Assembly: GCF_030013595.1 (NCBI RefSeq)
Contig: NZ_CP122768.1
Length of the DNA: 64,000 nt
Source of the DNA: Escherichia coli
Lineage (GTDB): Bacteria; Pseudomonadota; Gammaproteobacteria; Enterobacterales; Enterobacteriaceae
Direction: 5' to 3' (one strand)
Shown here: positions 30,618 through 42,640 of the stretch, piece by piece
How positions within the stretch are numbered: the first letter of the stretch is position 1
Layout of the letters: every line of letters starts with the position of its first letter
Notes under the pieces: generated by a model
Seen by the model: only the letters and a program-made list of their open reading frames with translations
What the model was told of the DNA's origin: nothing
The model's database searches: none
Translations under genes and position numbers: made by a program

Positions 30618-31958
30618 TCAGAACGCGTAGTTAAAGTTAGTACCGAACAGCCAGGCTTTACCTTCAGACTCGAACTGGTATGGGCCTTCGTTAATTTTCA
30701 CGCTCTGACCGTGCATATAAGAAACACCAACATCGACTGAAGCATCTTTATTAAATGCGTAAGTCGTACCTGCACTCAGCCAGAAACGGTCCTGGTCCGG
30801 AATGGAGATAGAACGATTCTGTGCCGGAACTGGGCTGTCATCAAAGGCGATACCGGTACGGAAGGTCCAGTTATCATCGTAGTAATAAGTGGTTCCCAAC
30901 GCGATGCGGTAAGCATCTTTAAAGCCTTCATGTTTCTGGAACAGCGTGTCGCCACTCGTTGAGGTCGCTTTCAGCTGCTGGAACTGACTCCAGCTGGTGT
31001 AAGCCAGGCTATAGTGAATCGCCCACTGCGGATCAACACGGTTATAACCCGACACTTCCCACATTTCAGGCAGGTTCAGCGTCAGATAACCCGATTGCGT
31101 TGCGCCACCTGTCGCGGTAGGTATTGGTAAACCGTAGTTATTAAACGCACGATTAAGATCGCTGCTGTAGTTACCTTTGAAGTCAATTTTCACTTCAGAA
31201 CGGTAGGTCAGTGCATAGCGGTTATTTTTATCCAGTTCATACAGGATACCGGCGTTCCAGCCAAAGCCCCACTGGTTACCGTTCAGATGAGCGATTTTGG
31301 TATTACTGTCGATACCGTTGGCGGTAGCTGCCAATGCTTGCCCTTGAGGAGTCTGCCCGGCAGGAGATTGCATGATCTGACCGGCAACCAGCTGCCCCAG
31401 ATCGCCTGCGAAACGTTCAATCTTCGCGCGAGCGTAGACGGCGTTGAAACCAAGACCAAAGCTCCATGCATTATTTAAGCGATACGCACCGCTTAAGTTC
31501 AGGTTCATGGTTTCAAGGTCGGTTGTACCCCCGACAGAGCCGCCTGCATAAGTATCGTTAAACTCTGTTGCCAGGCCATAGTTAGAGGTAATAGAAGCGC
31601 CCCAACCAAATTGGTCGTTAATCGGTGCAACAAAGTGCATGTTCGGAACCCATGCCGTAGGCGCGATGTTATCGGCTTTCAGGCTACGACCAGATGGAGA
31701 CGTTCCGCTGATATTTACATCCGGATCAATATAAACCGCACCCGCAGAAAATGTCGGGCGGTCAAACATGGTAATCAATGCGGGGTTACGGCTAACGTTA
31801 CCTGCATCATCGGCAATTGCGCCTTCCCCTGAATAAGCCCGGCCCAGGCCAGAGGAAGAAAATTCGTTTAACTGAAAGCCTGCCGACCAGGCCTGGGTGG
31901 AGATAAGTGCCACTGCGACTGCGAGAGCAGACTTTGTAAACAGGGTTTTCTGGCTCAT
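30618..31958 (-). CDS. fadL: Long-chain fatty acid outer membrane transporter FadL
   Basis: Start at [25 protein letters not shown] signal peptide; beta-barrel ending in ...NFNYAF. Confidence 0.9.
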   Translation of the reverse strand: MSQKTLFTKSALAVAVALISTQAWSAGFQLNEFSSSGLGRAYSGEGAIADDAGNVSRNPALITMFDRPTFSAGAVYIDPDVNISGTSPSGRSLKADNIAPTAWVPNMHFVAPINDQFGWGASITSNYGLATEFNDTYAGGSVGGTTDLETMNLNLSGAYRLNNAWSFGLGFNAVYARAKIERFAGDLGQLVAGQIMQSPAGQTPQGQALAATANGIDSNTKIAHLNGNQWGFGWNAGILYELDKNNRYALTYRSEVKIDFKGNYSSDLNRAFNNYGLPIPTATGGATQSGYLTLNLPEMWEVSGYNRVDPQWAIHYSLAYTSWSQFQQLKATSTSGDTLFQKHEGFKDAYRIALGTTYYYDDNWTFRTGIAFDDSPVPAQNRSISIPDQDRFWLSAGTTYAFNKDASVDVGVSYMHGQSVKINEGPYQFESEGKAWLFGTNFNYAF

Positions 31959-32329
31959 GACCATAACCTCAATGATTTATTTTTATACAAACTATGTTAC
32001 GTGCTGTAACAGGAGCGCGAAGTGTAGGGTCTGAGGTACATCTTAGAAATCAGACCAGTGGCGAGAGTATAGGTCGGACCAGCTGGAATGTTGCAAGTAT
32101 GTTTCTATCTTTTTTCAAATATGATCTAAGAAACGCGATCCAGCTGGCAAAATTTGGAGGTGGCGCACTCATGGATTCGGGTGAATTTTGTTTTAGATCA
32201 TTTTTAAGTGTGATTTCGGTCACTTATCCGATTTTGCAGAATTAACAACTGGAGCAGCACTTTCCGGAAGCGTAAAATATCCACAACGTTTATCTGGCAC
32301 CTTGGGTGCACATACAGAGGAAATCAACG

Positions 32330-32614
32330 ATGAGTAAATGTAGTGCTGATGAAACCCCGGTTTGCTGCTGTATGGATGTTGGCACCATTATGGACAACTC
32401 CGACTGCACCGCGTCTTACAGCCGCGTGTTTGCAAACCGCGCAGAAGCAGAACAAACGCTGGCGGCGCTGACTGAAAAAGCCCGTAGCGTGGAATCCGAA
32501 CCGTGCAAAATCACCCCGACTTTCACTGAAGAGTCTGACGGTGTGCGCCTGGATATCGATTTCACTTTTGCCTGCGAAGCTGAAATGCTGATCTTCCAGC
32601 TGGGTCTGCGTTAA
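32330..32614 (+). CDS. yfcZ: UPF0381 protein YfcZ
   Basis: 94 aa from MSKCSADETPVCCCMDVG...; synteny upstream of fadIJ. Confidence 0.85.
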   Translation: MSKCSADETPVCCCMDVGTIMDNSDCTASYSRVFANRAEAEQTLAALTEKARSVESEPCKITPTFTEESDGVRLDIDFTFACEAEMLIFQLGLR

Positions 32615-32631
32615 TTCCTCTCGGGTACGTA

Positions 32632-32667
32632 CGCCCCTGTCAGTTGTTGGCAGGGGCGTTTTATTTT
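32632..32667 (+). terminator. Intrinsic terminator after yfcZ
   Basis: Hairpin cgcccctg-...-caggggcg followed by ttttatttt. Confidence 0.75.
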
Positions 32668-32794
32668 CTCTTCTACTTTTCTCTCTGTGTCATAGCTCCC
32701 ACTTTCCCTTTTCTCCGCTTGGCTAAATGTAAAAAAATGGTTAAGACTATGATCAGGTCAGACCACTTTATTTATTTTTTTACAGGGGAGTGTT

Positions 32795-34105
32795 ATGGGT
32801 CAGGTTTTACCGCTGGTTACCCGCCAGGGCGATCGTATCGCCATTGTTAGCGGTTTACGTACGCCTTTTGCCCGCCAGGCGACGGCTTTTCATGGCATTC
32901 CCGCGGTTGATTTAGGGAAGATGGTGGTAGGCGAACTGCTGGCACGCAGCGAGATCCCCGCTGAAGTGATTGAACAGCTGGTCTTTGGTCAGGTCGTACA
33001 AATGCCTGAAGCCCCCAACATTGCGCGTGAAATTGTTCTCGGTACCGGAATGAATGTGCATACCGATGCTTACAGCGTCAGCCGCGCTTGCGCTACCAGT
33101 TTCCAGGCGGTTGCAAACGTCGCAGAAAGCCTAATGGCGGGAACTATTCGCGCGGGGATTGCCGGTGGGGCCGATTCCTCTTCCGTATTGCCAATTGGCG
33201 TCAGTAAAAAACTGGCGCGCGTGCTGGTTGATGTCAACAAAGCTCGAACCATGAGCCAGCGCCTGAAACTCTTCTCTCGCCTGCGTTTGCGCGACTTAAT
33301 GCCGGTGCCTCCGGCAGTGGCGGAATACTCTACTGGCTTGCGGATGGGCGACACCGCTGAACAAATGGCGAAAACCTACGGTATTACTCGCGAACAGCAA
33401 GATGCATTAGCGCACCGTTCGCATCAGCGAGCCGCTCAGGCGTGGTCAGACGGTAAACTCAAAGAAGAGGTGATGACTGCCTTTATCCCTCCTTATAAAC
33501 AACCGCTTGTCGAAGACAACAATATTCGCGGTAATTCCTCGCTTGCTGATTACGCAAAGTTGCGTCCGGCGTTTGATCGTAAACACGGGACGGTAACGGC
33601 AGCAAACAGTACGCCGCTGACCGATGGCGCAGCGGCGGTGATCCTGATGACCGAATCGCGGGCGAAAGAATTAGGGCTGGTACCGCTGGGGTATCTGCGC
33701 AGTTACGCATTTACTGCGATAGATGTCTGGCAGGACATGTTGCTCGGTCCGGCCTGGTCAACGCCGCTGGCGCTGGAACGTGCCGGTTTGACAATGAGCG
33801 ATCTGACATTGATCGATATGCACGAAGCCTTTGCAGCTCAGACACTGGCGAATATTCAGTTGCTGGGTAGCGAACGTTTTGCTCGTGATGTACTGGGGCG
33901 TGCACATGCCACTGGCGAAGTGGACGATAGCAAATTTAACGTGCTTGGCGGTTCGATTGCTTACGGGCATCCCTTCGCGGCGACCGGCGCGCGGATGATT
34001 ACCCAGACATTGCATGAACTTCGGCGTCGCGGCGGTGGATTTGGATTAGTGACCGCCTGTGCTGCGGGTGGGCTTGGCGCGGCAATGGTTGTGGAGGCGG
34101 AATAA
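32795..34105 (+). CDS. fadI: 3-ketoacyl-CoA thiolase FadI (anaerobic beta-oxidation)
   Basis: 436 aa thiolase; synteny with fadJ. Confidence 0.9.
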   Translation: MGQVLPLVTRQGDRIAIVSGLRTPFARQATAFHGIPAVDLGKMVVGELLARSEIPAEVIEQLVFGQVVQMPEAPNIAREIVLGTGMNVHTDAYSVSRACATSFQAVANVAESLMAGTIRAGIAGGADSSSVLPIGVSKKLARVLVDVNKARTMSQRLKLFSRLRLRDLMPVPPAVAEYSTGLRMGDTAEQMAKTYGITREQQDALAHRSHQRAAQAWSDGKLKEEVMTAFIPPYKQPLVEDNNIRGNSSLADYAKLRPAFDRKHGTVTAANSTPLTDGAAAVILMTESRAKELGLVPLGYLRSYAFTAIDVWQDMLLGPAWSTPLALERAGLTMSDLTLIDMHEAFAAQTLANIQLLGSERFARDVLGRAHATGEVDDSKFNVLGGSIAYGHPFAATGARMITQTLHELRRRGGGFGLVTACAAGGLGAAMVVEAE

Positions 34106-36249
34106 TGGAAATGGCATCAGCGTTTACCCTTAATGTCCGTCTGGACAACATTGCTGTTATCACCATCGACGTACCGGGTGAGAAAATGAATACCCTGAAG
34201 GCGGAGTTTGCCTCGCAGGTGCGCGCCATTATTAAGCAACTCCGTGAAAACAAAGAGTTGCGCGGCGTGGTGTTTATCTCCGCGAAACCAGACAACTTCA
34301 TTGCTGGCGCAGACATCAACATGATCGGTAACTGCAAAACGGCGCAAGAAGCGGAAGCACTGGCGCGGCAGGGTCAACAGTTAATGGCGGAGATTCATGC
34401 TTTGCCCGTTCCGGTTATCGCGGCTATTCATGGCGCTTGCCTGGGCGGTGGGCTGGAGTTGGCGCTGGCGTGCCACGGTCGCATGTGTACTGACGATCCT
34501 AAAACGGTGCTCGGTTTGCCTGAAGTACAACTTGGATTATTACCCGGTTCAGGCGGCACCCAGCGTTTACCGCGCCTGATAGGTGTCAGCACAGCATTGG
34601 AGATGATCCTCACCGGAAAACAACTTCGGGCGAAACAGGCATTAAAGCTGGGGCTGGTGGATGACGTTGTTCCGCACTCCATTTTGCTGGAAGCCGCTGT
34701 CGAGCTGGCGAAGAAGGATCGCCCATCTTCCCGCCCTCTACCTGTACGCGAGCGTATTCTGGCGGGGCCGTTAGGTCGTGCGCTGCTGTTCAAAATGGTC
34801 GGCAAGAAAACAGAACACAAAACTCAAGGCAATTATCCGGCGACAGAACGCATCCTGGAGGTTGTCGAAACGGGATTAGCGCAGGGCTCCAGCAGCGGTT
34901 ATGACGCCGAAGCTCGGGCGTTTGGCGAACTGGCGATGACGCCGCAATCGCAGGCGCTGCGTAGTATCTTTTTTGCCAGTACGGAAGTGAAGAAAGATCC
35001 TGGCAGTGATGCGCCGCCTGCGCCATTAAACAGCGTGGGAATTTTAGGTGGTGGCTTGATGGGCGGCGGTATTGCTTACGTCACTGCTTGTAAAGCGGGG
35101 CTTCCGGTCAGAATTAAAGATATCAACCCGCAGGGCATAAATCATGCGCTGAAGTACAGTTGGGATCAGCTGGAGGGCAAAGTTCGCCGTCGTCATCTCA
35201 AAGCCAGCGAACGTGACAGACAGCTGGCATTAATCTCCGGAACGACGGACTATCGCGGCTTTGCCCATCGCGATCTGATTATTGAAGCGGTGTTTGAAAA
35301 TCTCGAATTAAAACAACAAATGGTGACGGAAGTTGAGCAAAATTGCGCCGCTCATACCATCTTTGCTTCGAATACGTCATCTTTACCGATTGGTGATATC
35401 GCCGCTCACGCTACGCGACCTGAGCAAGTTATTGGCCTGCATTTCTTCAGTCCGGTGGAAAAAATGCCGCTGGTGGAGATTATTCCTCATGCGGGGACAT
35501 CGGCGCAAACCATCGCTACCACAGTAAAACTGGCGAAAAAACAGGGTAAAACGCCCATTGTCGTGCGTGACAAAGCCGGGTTTTACGTCAATCGCATTTT
35601 AGCGCCTTACATTAATGAAGCTATCCGCATGTTGACCGAAGGTGAACGGGTAGAGCACATTGATGCCGCGCTGGTGAAATTTGGTTTTCCGGTAGGCCCA
35701 ATCCAACTTTTGGATGAGGTAGGAATCGACACCGGGACTAAAATTATTCCTGTACTGGAAGCCGCTTATGGAGAACGTTTTAGCGCGCCTGCAAATGTTG
35801 TTTCTTCAATTTTGAACGACGATCGCAAAGGCAGAAAAAATGGTCGGGGTTTCTATCTTTATGGTCAGAAAGGGCGTAAAAGCAAAAAACAGGTCGATCC
35901 CGCCATTTACCCGCTGATTGGCACACAAGGGCAGGGGCGGCTCTCCGCACCGCAGGTAGCTGAACGGTGTGTGATGTTGATGCTGAATGAAGCAGTACGT
36001 TGTCTGGACGAGCAGGTTATCCGTAGCGTGCGTGACGGAGATATTGGCGCGGTATTTGGCATTGGTTTTCCGCCATTTCTCGGTGGTCCGTTCCGCTACA
36101 TCGATTCTCTCGGTGCGGGTGAAGTGGTTGCAATAATGCAACGACTGGCCACGCAGTATGGTTCCCGTTTTACCCCTTGCGAGCGTTTAGTCGAGATGAG
36201 CAAGCGTGGGGAAAGTTTTTGGAAAACAACTGCAACTGACCTGCAATAA
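34105..36249 (+). CDS. fadJ: Fatty acid oxidation complex alpha subunit FadJ (enoyl-CoA hydratase/3-hydroxyacyl-CoA dehydrogenase)
   Basis: 714 aa; crotonase motifs plus NAD-binding [10 protein letters not shown]. Confidence 0.9.
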   Translation: MEMASAFTLNVRLDNIAVITIDVPGEKMNTLKAEFASQVRAIIKQLRENKELRGVVFISAKPDNFIAGADINMIGNCKTAQEAEALARQGQQLMAEIHALPVPVIAAIHGACLGGGLELALACHGRMCTDDPKTVLGLPEVQLGLLPGSGGTQRLPRLIGVSTALEMILTGKQLRAKQALKLGLVDDVVPHSILLEAAVELAKKDRPSSRPLPVRERILAGPLGRALLFKMVGKKTEHKTQGNYPATERILEVVETGLAQGSSSGYDAEARAFGELAMTPQSQALRSIFFASTEVKKDPGSDAPPAPLNSVGILGGGLMGGGIAYVTACKAGLPVRIKDINPQGINHALKYSWDQLEGKVRRRHLKASERDRQLALISGTTDYRGFAHRDLIIEAVFENLELKQQMVTEVEQNCAAHTIFASNTSSLPIGDIAAHATRPEQVIGLHFFSPVEKMPLVEIIPHAGTSAQTIATTVKLAKKQGKTPIVVRDKAGFYVNRILAPYINEAIRMLTEGERVEHIDAALVKFGFPVGPIQLLDEVGIDTGTKIIPVLEAAYGERFSAPANVVSSILNDDRKGRKNGRGFYLYGQKGRKSKKQVDPAIYPLIGTQGQGRLSAPQVAERCVMLMLNEAVRCLDEQVIRSVRDGDIGAVFGIGFPPFLGGPFRYIDSLGAGEVVAIMQRLATQYGSRFTPCERLVEMSKRGESFWKTTATDLQ

Positions 36250-36451
36250 GAAGGTCAAAGCTATATGAATCCGCGCTGAATGGCGGAGTGTTGCTCAAAA
36301 TGTAAACGCATATTGACTATACTTACGCCATTGAGGTAAAAAACAGCGTTTCATTCGGTGAATGGATAAGGCACAATGCCGGCCACCGTTTTCTTTCTCT
36401 GGTTTCAGATGAAAGAAAACGGGCGAATCTGGTTAACAAAAGCGGTGCAAT

Positions 36452-36937
36452 ATGCAAGTTTTTATCATGCGTCACGGCGACGCAGCCCTCGATGCCGCCA
36501 GTGATTCGGTTCGTCCTCTGACTACTAACGGTTGTGACGAATCTCGCCTGATGGCGAACTGGCTGAAAGGTCAAAAAGTGGAAATCGAACGCGTTCTGGT
36601 GAGCCCGTTCCTGCGAGCCGAGCAAACACTGGAAGAAGTAGGGGATTGTCTGAACCTGCCTTCCAGTGCAGAAGTTCTGCCGGAGTTAACGCCCTGCGGC
36701 GATGTTGGTCTGGTCAGTGCCTATTTACAGGCGTTGACCAATGAAGGTGTTGCTTCGGTACTGGTGATCTCCCACTTACCCTTAGTCGGGTATCTGGTTG
36801 CTGAGTTATGTCCGGGCGAAACGCCGCCTATGTTTACCACCTCGGCCATTGCCAGCGTAACGCTTGATGAAAGCGGAAACGGCACATTCAACTGGCAGAT
36901 GAGCCCGTGTAATCTGAAGATGGCAAAAGCGATTTAA
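36452..36937 (+). CDS. sixA: Phosphohistidine phosphatase SixA
   Basis: 161 aa; N-terminal RHG catalytic motif (MQVFIMRHGDA). Confidence 0.9.
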   Translation: MQVFIMRHGDAALDAASDSVRPLTTNGCDESRLMANWLKGQKVEIERVLVSPFLRAEQTLEEVGDCLNLPSSAEVLPELTPCGDVGLVSAYLQALTNEGVASVLVISHLPLVGYLVAELCPGETPPMFTTSAIASVTLDESGNGTFNWQMSPCNLKMAKAI

Positions 36938-36950
36938 TACGCATGCACAA

Positions 36951-36987
36951 GGCCCGCTGGTGTAATCTATCGGGCCTTTATTTTTTT
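36951..36987 (+). terminator. Intrinsic terminator after sixA
   Basis: Hairpin ggcccg...cgggcc followed by long T-run. Confidence 0.8.
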
Positions 36988-37598
36988 CTGGCAATGTTGA
37001 ATTTATGCAATCTTATTGTACTAACAATGATCCGCTTGTGATCGAATGGTCTTTATTTTATACGGCATGACGCTTTTATTTGTAAAAATTTACATATTGA
37101 AAGAGAATTTACTTTTATTCATAAATTATTTTTCTGGAAGCATTTTTAGGTAAATAATGACTAAAGTGAAAAATATTATTGGGTCTTGATTTTATATTAA
37201 TTATAGTGTTTTAATATTATATCGTTGCGAAATTAATATCACAAGATAGTCATCGCCATGTGATTGTTTTTGACTTTAATTTATTCACTGGATTTTTGCA
37301 TTTGCCGTTTTTTTGAACTTATTCTTCATTATTGAGATGAAAAGTTTCAGTAATTATTATCCCCGACTATTAATTAAGTTTTTCTAACTTTGAATGTTAG
37401 AAAATCTAAATTGCATCAGTCATATTAAAATATCAACATGTTCGGCGCGCCAAAGAATATTATATCAAGGAACCTGTTTTTTCAGGAGCTGACAATCTGT
37501 TCATTGGCTGCTTAAAAGTCGCTGTAAAAATTGAAGAAGCTCTGTGTCAATATTTCAGTTGGCTTATATTCTAATTATTTATGATTTAAGGACAAATA

Positions 37599-38165
37599 AT
37601 GAGTAAGTTTGTAAAAGCAGCAGTTGCCACGGCAATGCTCATGGGGGCGCTGACTTCAGCATCAGTCGTTGCCGCAGGGAACAACGGTACAGTGAGATTT
37701 TACGGCACAATTGAAGACTCCCCGTGCTCAATTGTTCCTGACGATCATAAACTGGAAGTGGATATGGGCAGCATCGGTACGGGTTCTTTAACCGGCGGCA
37801 AAACAACCACACCAAAAGATTTCCAGATTCGTTTACAGGACTGTAATTTCAATACAGAAACGACAATGGCTACCACATTCACCGGTAATCCGTACTCCAC
37901 TAACGCAGATAACTATTCTCTGTCTAACATGGATAATGGAATTGAAATTCCAAACGTTAGCCTGGTTATCGGTGACCAGCACGGTACAGGTTATGCACTG
38001 GGAGCAGAGATTAAGCAACCTATCGTGAAGGACAGTTCAACGGGAAAAGGCAAGCCTAAACAAACTCTGAACTTTAAAGCATGGTTAGTGGGTGAAACGG
38101 ATGCTGTAACACCAACACCGGCACCGTTTGAAACGCTGACGACGTTCCAGATCACGTATCTCTAA
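37599..38165 (+). CDS. yfcV: Fimbrial major subunit (YfcV-like)
   Basis: 188 aa with signal peptide and fimbrial subunit C-terminal strand; first gene of chaperone-usher operon. Confidence 0.8.
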   Translation: MSKFVKAAVATAMLMGALTSASVVAAGNNGTVRFYGTIEDSPCSIVPDDHKLEVDMGSIGTGSLTGGKTTTPKDFQIRLQDCNFNTETTMATTFTGNPYSTNADNYSLSNMDNGIEIPNVSLVIGDQHGTGYALGAEIKQPIVKDSSTGKGKPKQTLNFKAWLVGETDAVTPTPAPFETLTTFQITYL

Positions 38166-38236
38166 TGTATTTCCCCCATAGCTGCAAAGTTATGGGGTTT
38201 ATAACTACCAAATAACTAAATTATAAAAAATCATGG

Positions 38237-40888
38237 ATGGATACGCCGATGCCAGAACATTCTTTTCTCCGTTTACGGGGGCTTTCGTGGTGGATTGCTC
38301 TGGCAATTTCTGGAAGTCCATTTAATGCCCTGGCAGACGATACCATTCAGTTTGATGGCCGATTTCTTGATTTAAAAGGCAATACCAAAATTGATTTGGG
38401 CCGTTTTTCGCAAAAAGGCTATGTAGAACCGGGAAAATATAACTTACGCGTTCATGTAAATAATCAGCCGTTACCTGACGACTACGATATCTACTGGTAC
38501 GCAACTGAAAACGATCCGAATAAATCATATGCCTGCTTATCGCCAGAGCTGGTTGCCCAGTTTGGTCTGAAGGAAGATATTGCGAAGAATTTGCAATGGA
38601 TCCGCGATGGTCAGTGTCTGAATACGGCACTTTTAGCAGGTACAGAAATTAGCGGCGATTTAGGCCAGTCTGCACTCCTTGTTTCTGTACCGCAGGCTTA
38701 TCTGGAATATACCGACAGCGAGTGGGACCCGCCTTCGCGCTGGGATGACGGTATCCCTGGGCTTATTGCCGATTACAGTATCAACGCGCAAACCCGACAT
38801 GAAAATGGGGGTGATGACACTAACGACATCAGCGGTAATGGTACGGTCGGCGTTAACGTTGGGCCGTGGCGCTTACGAGCTGACTGGCAGAGCGATTATC
38901 AGCATACCCGCAGTAACGATGACGGCGACACTGACGATAGCGGTACGCAAAAAAACTGGGAGTGGAGTCGTTACTACGCCTGGCGCGCCTTGCCGTCATT
39001 AAAAGCCAAACTTTCGCTGGGCGAAGATTATCTCAACTCCGATATTTTTGATGGCTTCAGTTACATTGGCGGCAGCATCAGTACCGATGATCAAATGTTA
39101 CCGCCAAACCTGCGCGGCTACGCCCCCGATATTTCAGGTGTTGCACACACTACCGCTAAAGTGACCGTAACCCAAATGGGCCGTGTCATTTACGAAACCC
39201 AGGTGCCCGCAGGGCCATTCCGCATTCAGGATATTGGCGATTCCGTCTCTGGCACGCTGCATGTCCGCATTGAAGAACAAAACGGCCAGGTACAAGAATA
39301 CGACGTCAGCACGGCGTCCATGCCGTTCCTGACTCGCCCCGGCCAGGTGCGTTATAAAGTGACAATGGGGCGTCCACAAAACTGGGACCATCAGGTTGCA
39401 GGTAGCTTCTTCTCGGGCGGCGAGGCATCGTGGGGGATTGCCAATGGCTGGTCGCTCTACGGCGGTGCGTTAGCCGATGAAAACTACCAGTCGGCGGCGC
39501 TGGGCCTCGGTCGTGACCTGGCGCTGTTAGGCGCGTTAGCGTTTGATGTCACTCACTCTCGTGTTCAACTCGACGATAACAGCGTGTATGGCAACAAAAC
39601 GCTGGACGGCAACTCTTATCGCGTCAGCTATGCCAAAGATTTCGATGAACTCAACAGTCGGGTGACGTTTGCTGGATACCGCTTCTCTGAAAAAAACTAC
39701 ATGACCATGAGCGAGTATCTGGATGCGAACGACGACGACCGGGCGCGCACCGGTAACGACAAAGAGATGTATACGGTCACCTATAACCAGAACTTCACGG
39801 ATGCGCGCGTTTCGGTCTATCTCAACTATTCCCACCATACCTACTGGGATCGCCAGGATCAGACCAACTACAACATGATGCTTTCTCATTATTTCAATTT
39901 AGGAAGCCTTCGCAACCTGAGCGTTTCTCTGACCGGTTATCGCTACGAATACGATAAAAGTGCCGACAAGGGTGTTTATCTGTCCTTAAGTTTGCCGTGG
40001 GGCGACAACAGCACTATCAGTTACAACGGCAACTATGGCAGCGGTGCCGACAGCAATCAGGTGAGCCTGTATCACCGCATTGATGACGCCAGCCACTACA
40101 CGTTAAGCGCCGGAACCAGCGAAAACCACAGCAGCGTGGATGGCTACTACAGCCACGATGGCACTCTGGCAAAAGTTGATCTCAGTGCTAACTACCATGA
40201 AGGGCAATACACCTCAGCGGGGATCTCTTTACAGGGCGGGGCAACGCTGACCGCTCACGGCGGGGCGCTGCATCGTACACAAAACATGGGCGGTACACGT
40301 CTGTTAATCGACGCTGATGGCGTTGCTAATGTGCCGGTTGAAGGTAATGGTTCCGCCGTTTATACCAACATGTTCGGCAAAGCGGTGGTGGCAGATGTGA
40401 ATGATTACTACCGCAACCAGGCTTATATCGATTTGAACAAACTGCCGGAAAACGCCGAAGCTACAAAATCAGTGGTTCAGGCAACGCTGACGGAAGGCGC
40501 TATTGGCTACCGTAAATTTGCGGTAATCAGCGGTGAGAAGGCGATGGCAGTGCTGCGCTTGCAGGATGGCAGCCATCCGCCATTTGGGGCGGAAGTGAAA
40601 AACGATAATCAACAACAAGTAGGGTTGGTTGATGACGAAGGTAATGTTTATCTGGCAGGCGTTAAACCGGGTGAACATATGACCGTTTTCTGGGAGGGTG
40701 AATCTCACTGCGATATCAGCCTGCCAGACCCGTTACCGAATGACCTGTTCAATGGCTTGTTGTTGCCATGCCAGCAAAAGGGGGGAAGTTCTCCCGTCAT
40801 ACCGCATGATATTCAACCCGTCATTCAGGAGCAGACACAACAGGTGACACCAATGGAACCGCCGATGTCTGTTTCATCGAACCAATAA
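38237..40888 (+). CDS. yfcU: Fimbrial outer membrane usher, full-length (YfcU-type)
   Basis: 883-aa uninterrupted ORF with usher features; from memory the K-12 counterpart is annotated as disrupted. Confidence 0.8.
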   Translation: MDTPMPEHSFLRLRGLSWWIALAISGSPFNALADDTIQFDGRFLDLKGNTKIDLGRFSQKGYVEPGKYNLRVHVNNQPLPDDYDIYWYATENDPNKSYACLSPELVAQFGLKEDIAKNLQWIRDGQCLNTALLAGTEISGDLGQSALLVSVPQAYLEYTDSEWDPPSRWDDGIPGLIADYSINAQTRHENGGDDTNDISGNGTVGVNVGPWRLRADWQSDYQHTRSNDDGDTDDSGTQKNWEWSRYYAWRALPSLKAKLSLGEDYLNSDIFDGFSYIGGSISTDDQMLPPNLRGYAPDISGVAHTTAKVTVTQMGRVIYETQVPAGPFRIQDIGDSVSGTLHVRIEEQNGQVQEYDVSTASMPFLTRPGQVRYKVTMGRPQNWDHQVAGSFFSGGEASWGIANGWSLYGGALADENYQSAALGLGRDLALLGALAFDVTHSRVQLDDNSVYGNKTLDGNSYRVSYAKDFDELNSRVTFAGYRFSEKNYMTMSEYLDANDDDRARTGNDKEMYTVTYNQNFTDARVSVYLNYSHHTYWDRQDQTNYNMMLSHYFNLGSLRNLSVSLTGYRYEYDKSADKGVYLSLSLPWGDNSTISYNGNYGSGADSNQVSLYHRIDDASHYTLSAGTSENHSSVDGYYSHDGTLAKVDLSANYHEGQYTSAGISLQGGATLTAHGGALHRTQNMGGTRLLIDADGVANVPVEGNGSAVYTNMFGKAVVADVNDYYRNQAYIDLNKLPENAEATKSVVQATLTEGAIGYRKFAVISGEKAMAVLRLQDGSHPPFGAEVKNDNQQQVGLVDDEGNVYLAGVKPGEHMTVFWEGESHCDISLPDPLPNDLFNGLLLPCQQKGGSSPVIPHDIQPVIQEQTQQVTPMEPPMSVSSNQ

Positions 40889-40907
40889 CGTGATTAAGGA
40901 ATGATCC

Positions 40908-41657
40908 ATGACTAAATATCTCTCTGCCAAAACATTGACAACGGTACTGTCGTTACTGGCAGCAACGGTAAGTTTTTCTGCTCAGGCGTCAGTAACGCCC
41001 GATCGTACTCGCCTGATTTTTAATGAAAGCGATAAATCTATCAGTGTGACGCTGCGTAATAACGACCCCAAACTGCCTTATCTGGCGCAAAGCTGGATTG
41101 AAGATGAAAAGGGCGTCAAGATCAGCTCGCCGCTGGCGGTATTGCCGCCTGTACAGCGCATTGAAGCAATGATGAATGGCCAGGTTAAAATTCAGGGCCT
41201 GCCGGATATTCATAAATTACCTGCCGATCGGGAATCGATGTTCTATTTCAACGTGCGCGAAATTCCGCCGAAATCGAACAAATCCAACACGCTACAAATC
41301 GCTCTTCAGACGCGTATCAAACTTTTCTGGCGACCGAAAGCTCTGGAAAAAAACACCACGCAAAACCCGTGGCAGCATAAAGTGACCTTAACCCGCAACG
41401 GTCAGGAATTTACTGTCAATAACCCTACGCCGTATTACGTCATTTTCAGTAATGCCAGCGCACAGAAAAATGGCAATCCGGCAGCCGGTTTCTCGCCAAT
41501 AGTGATGTCGCCGAAAACCTCTGCACCGCTGAATGTGAAGATGGGGAGTGTGCCGGTACTGACCTATGTCAACGACTATGGCGCTCGGATGCCGCTCTTT
41601 TTCACCTGCAACGGCAATAGTTGCCAGGTTGATGAAGAGCAGAGCCGCAAAGGCTGA
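40908..41657 (+). CDS. yfcS: Fimbrial periplasmic chaperone (YfcS-like)
   Basis: 249 aa PapD-like chaperone with signal peptide. Confidence 0.8.
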   Translation: MTKYLSAKTLTTVLSLLAATVSFSAQASVTPDRTRLIFNESDKSISVTLRNNDPKLPYLAQSWIEDEKGVKISSPLAVLPPVQRIEAMMNGQVKIQGLPDIHKLPADRESMFYFNVREIPPKSNKSNTLQIALQTRIKLFWRPKALEKNTTQNPWQHKVTLTRNGQEFTVNNPTPYYVIFSNASAQKNGNPAAGFSPIVMSPKTSAPLNVKMGSVPVLTYVNDYGARMPLFFTCNGNSCQVDEEQSRKG

Positions 41658-41672
41658 GGCCGGGAGTGTGAG

Positions 41673-42164
41673 ATGAAACGACTACTTTTGGCCGGGCTGG
41701 GAGGAGTGCTGCTTACGGGCAGTGCTCTTGCCGGTGAAACGAAAAGTGTGCCATTGACATTGCGCGTACTGGTAGACCCACCACCTCCTTGTACCGTAAA
41801 AGGCAGTAACGTCGATTTTGGTGATGTGATCATCAAAAAAATCAATGGTACTGAATATCGCAAAGATGCAGGTTATACCCTGAACTGTGCCAATAGCCTG
41901 AGCGATGACCTTCAGATGCAGTTTAAGGGCACAACCACCACGATCAATGGCGAAACGGTGTTAAGCACGGGAATTACCGGGTTTGGCATTCGTATTGAAA
42001 ATGCAGCCGATAACTCTCTGTTTGCGATTGGCGACAATACCTGGACTCCATTTAGCGTCAGTAGCCAGCCACAACTCAAAGCAGTGCCAGTCAAACAGGA
42101 TGGCGTGACGCTGACAGGCGCGCAGTTTAACGCCAGCATGACAATGGTGGTGGATTACCAATGA
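41673..42164 (+). CDS. yfcR: Fimbrial subunit (YfcR-like)
   Basis: 163 aa, signal peptide, fimbrial subunit features, synteny. Confidence 0.7.
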   Translation: MKRLLLAGLGGVLLTGSALAGETKSVPLTLRVLVDPPPPCTVKGSNVDFGDVIIKKINGTEYRKDAGYTLNCANSLSDDLQMQFKGTTTTINGETVLSTGITGFGIRIENAADNSLFAIGDNTWTPFSVSSQPQLKAVPVKQDGVTLTGAQFNASMTMVVDYQ

Positions 42165-42640
42165 AACGACTCTCGTTAATTTTATTATCCGCTTTTTGCA
42201 CCATAACGCATGCCGCACCGGAAGATATCACCTTCACGGGTACGCTGATCGAACCTCCGGTCTGCACCGTCAGCAATGGTGATGATATTGAGATCCAGTT
42301 TATCGACGTCATTATCGACAATATTGACGGGGTTAATTACCGCAAAGATGTTCCGTACCAGATAACGTGTGACCCTGATATTACCGATGACGCCTGGGTA
42401 ATGACGCTAACCTGGACCGGTACACAGACCAGCTATAACGATGCGGCGATTCAGACGGATGTCACGGGATTAGGGATTGAACTCCAGCAAAACGGTCAGC
42501 CCTTTAAGCTGAATACCCCGCTTAACGTGACACCCGCCAACCTGCCGAAGTTGAAGGCCGCACCTGTAAAAGCTTCCGATGCCACGCTGACTGACGGTAA
42601 CTTTTCCGCTTACGCCACATTGCAGGTGGATTATCAATGA
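42161..42640 (+). CDS. yfcQ: Fimbrial subunit (YfcQ-like)
   Basis: 159 aa, signal peptide, fimbrial subunit features, synteny. Confidence 0.7.
   Translation: MKRLSLILLSAFCTITHAAPEDITFTGTLIEPPVCTVSNGDDIEIQFIDVIIDNIDGVNYRKDVPYQITCDPDITDDAWVMTLTWTGTQTSYNDAAIQTDVTGLGIELQQNGQPFKLNTPLNVTPANLPKLKAAPVKASDATLTDGNFSAYATLQVDYQ

Noticed and set aside
34428-34820. Several 60-130-aa ORFs on the minus strand and in alternate frames within fadI/fadJ
   Set aside because: Embedded in conserved fad genes; composition typical of off-frame translation
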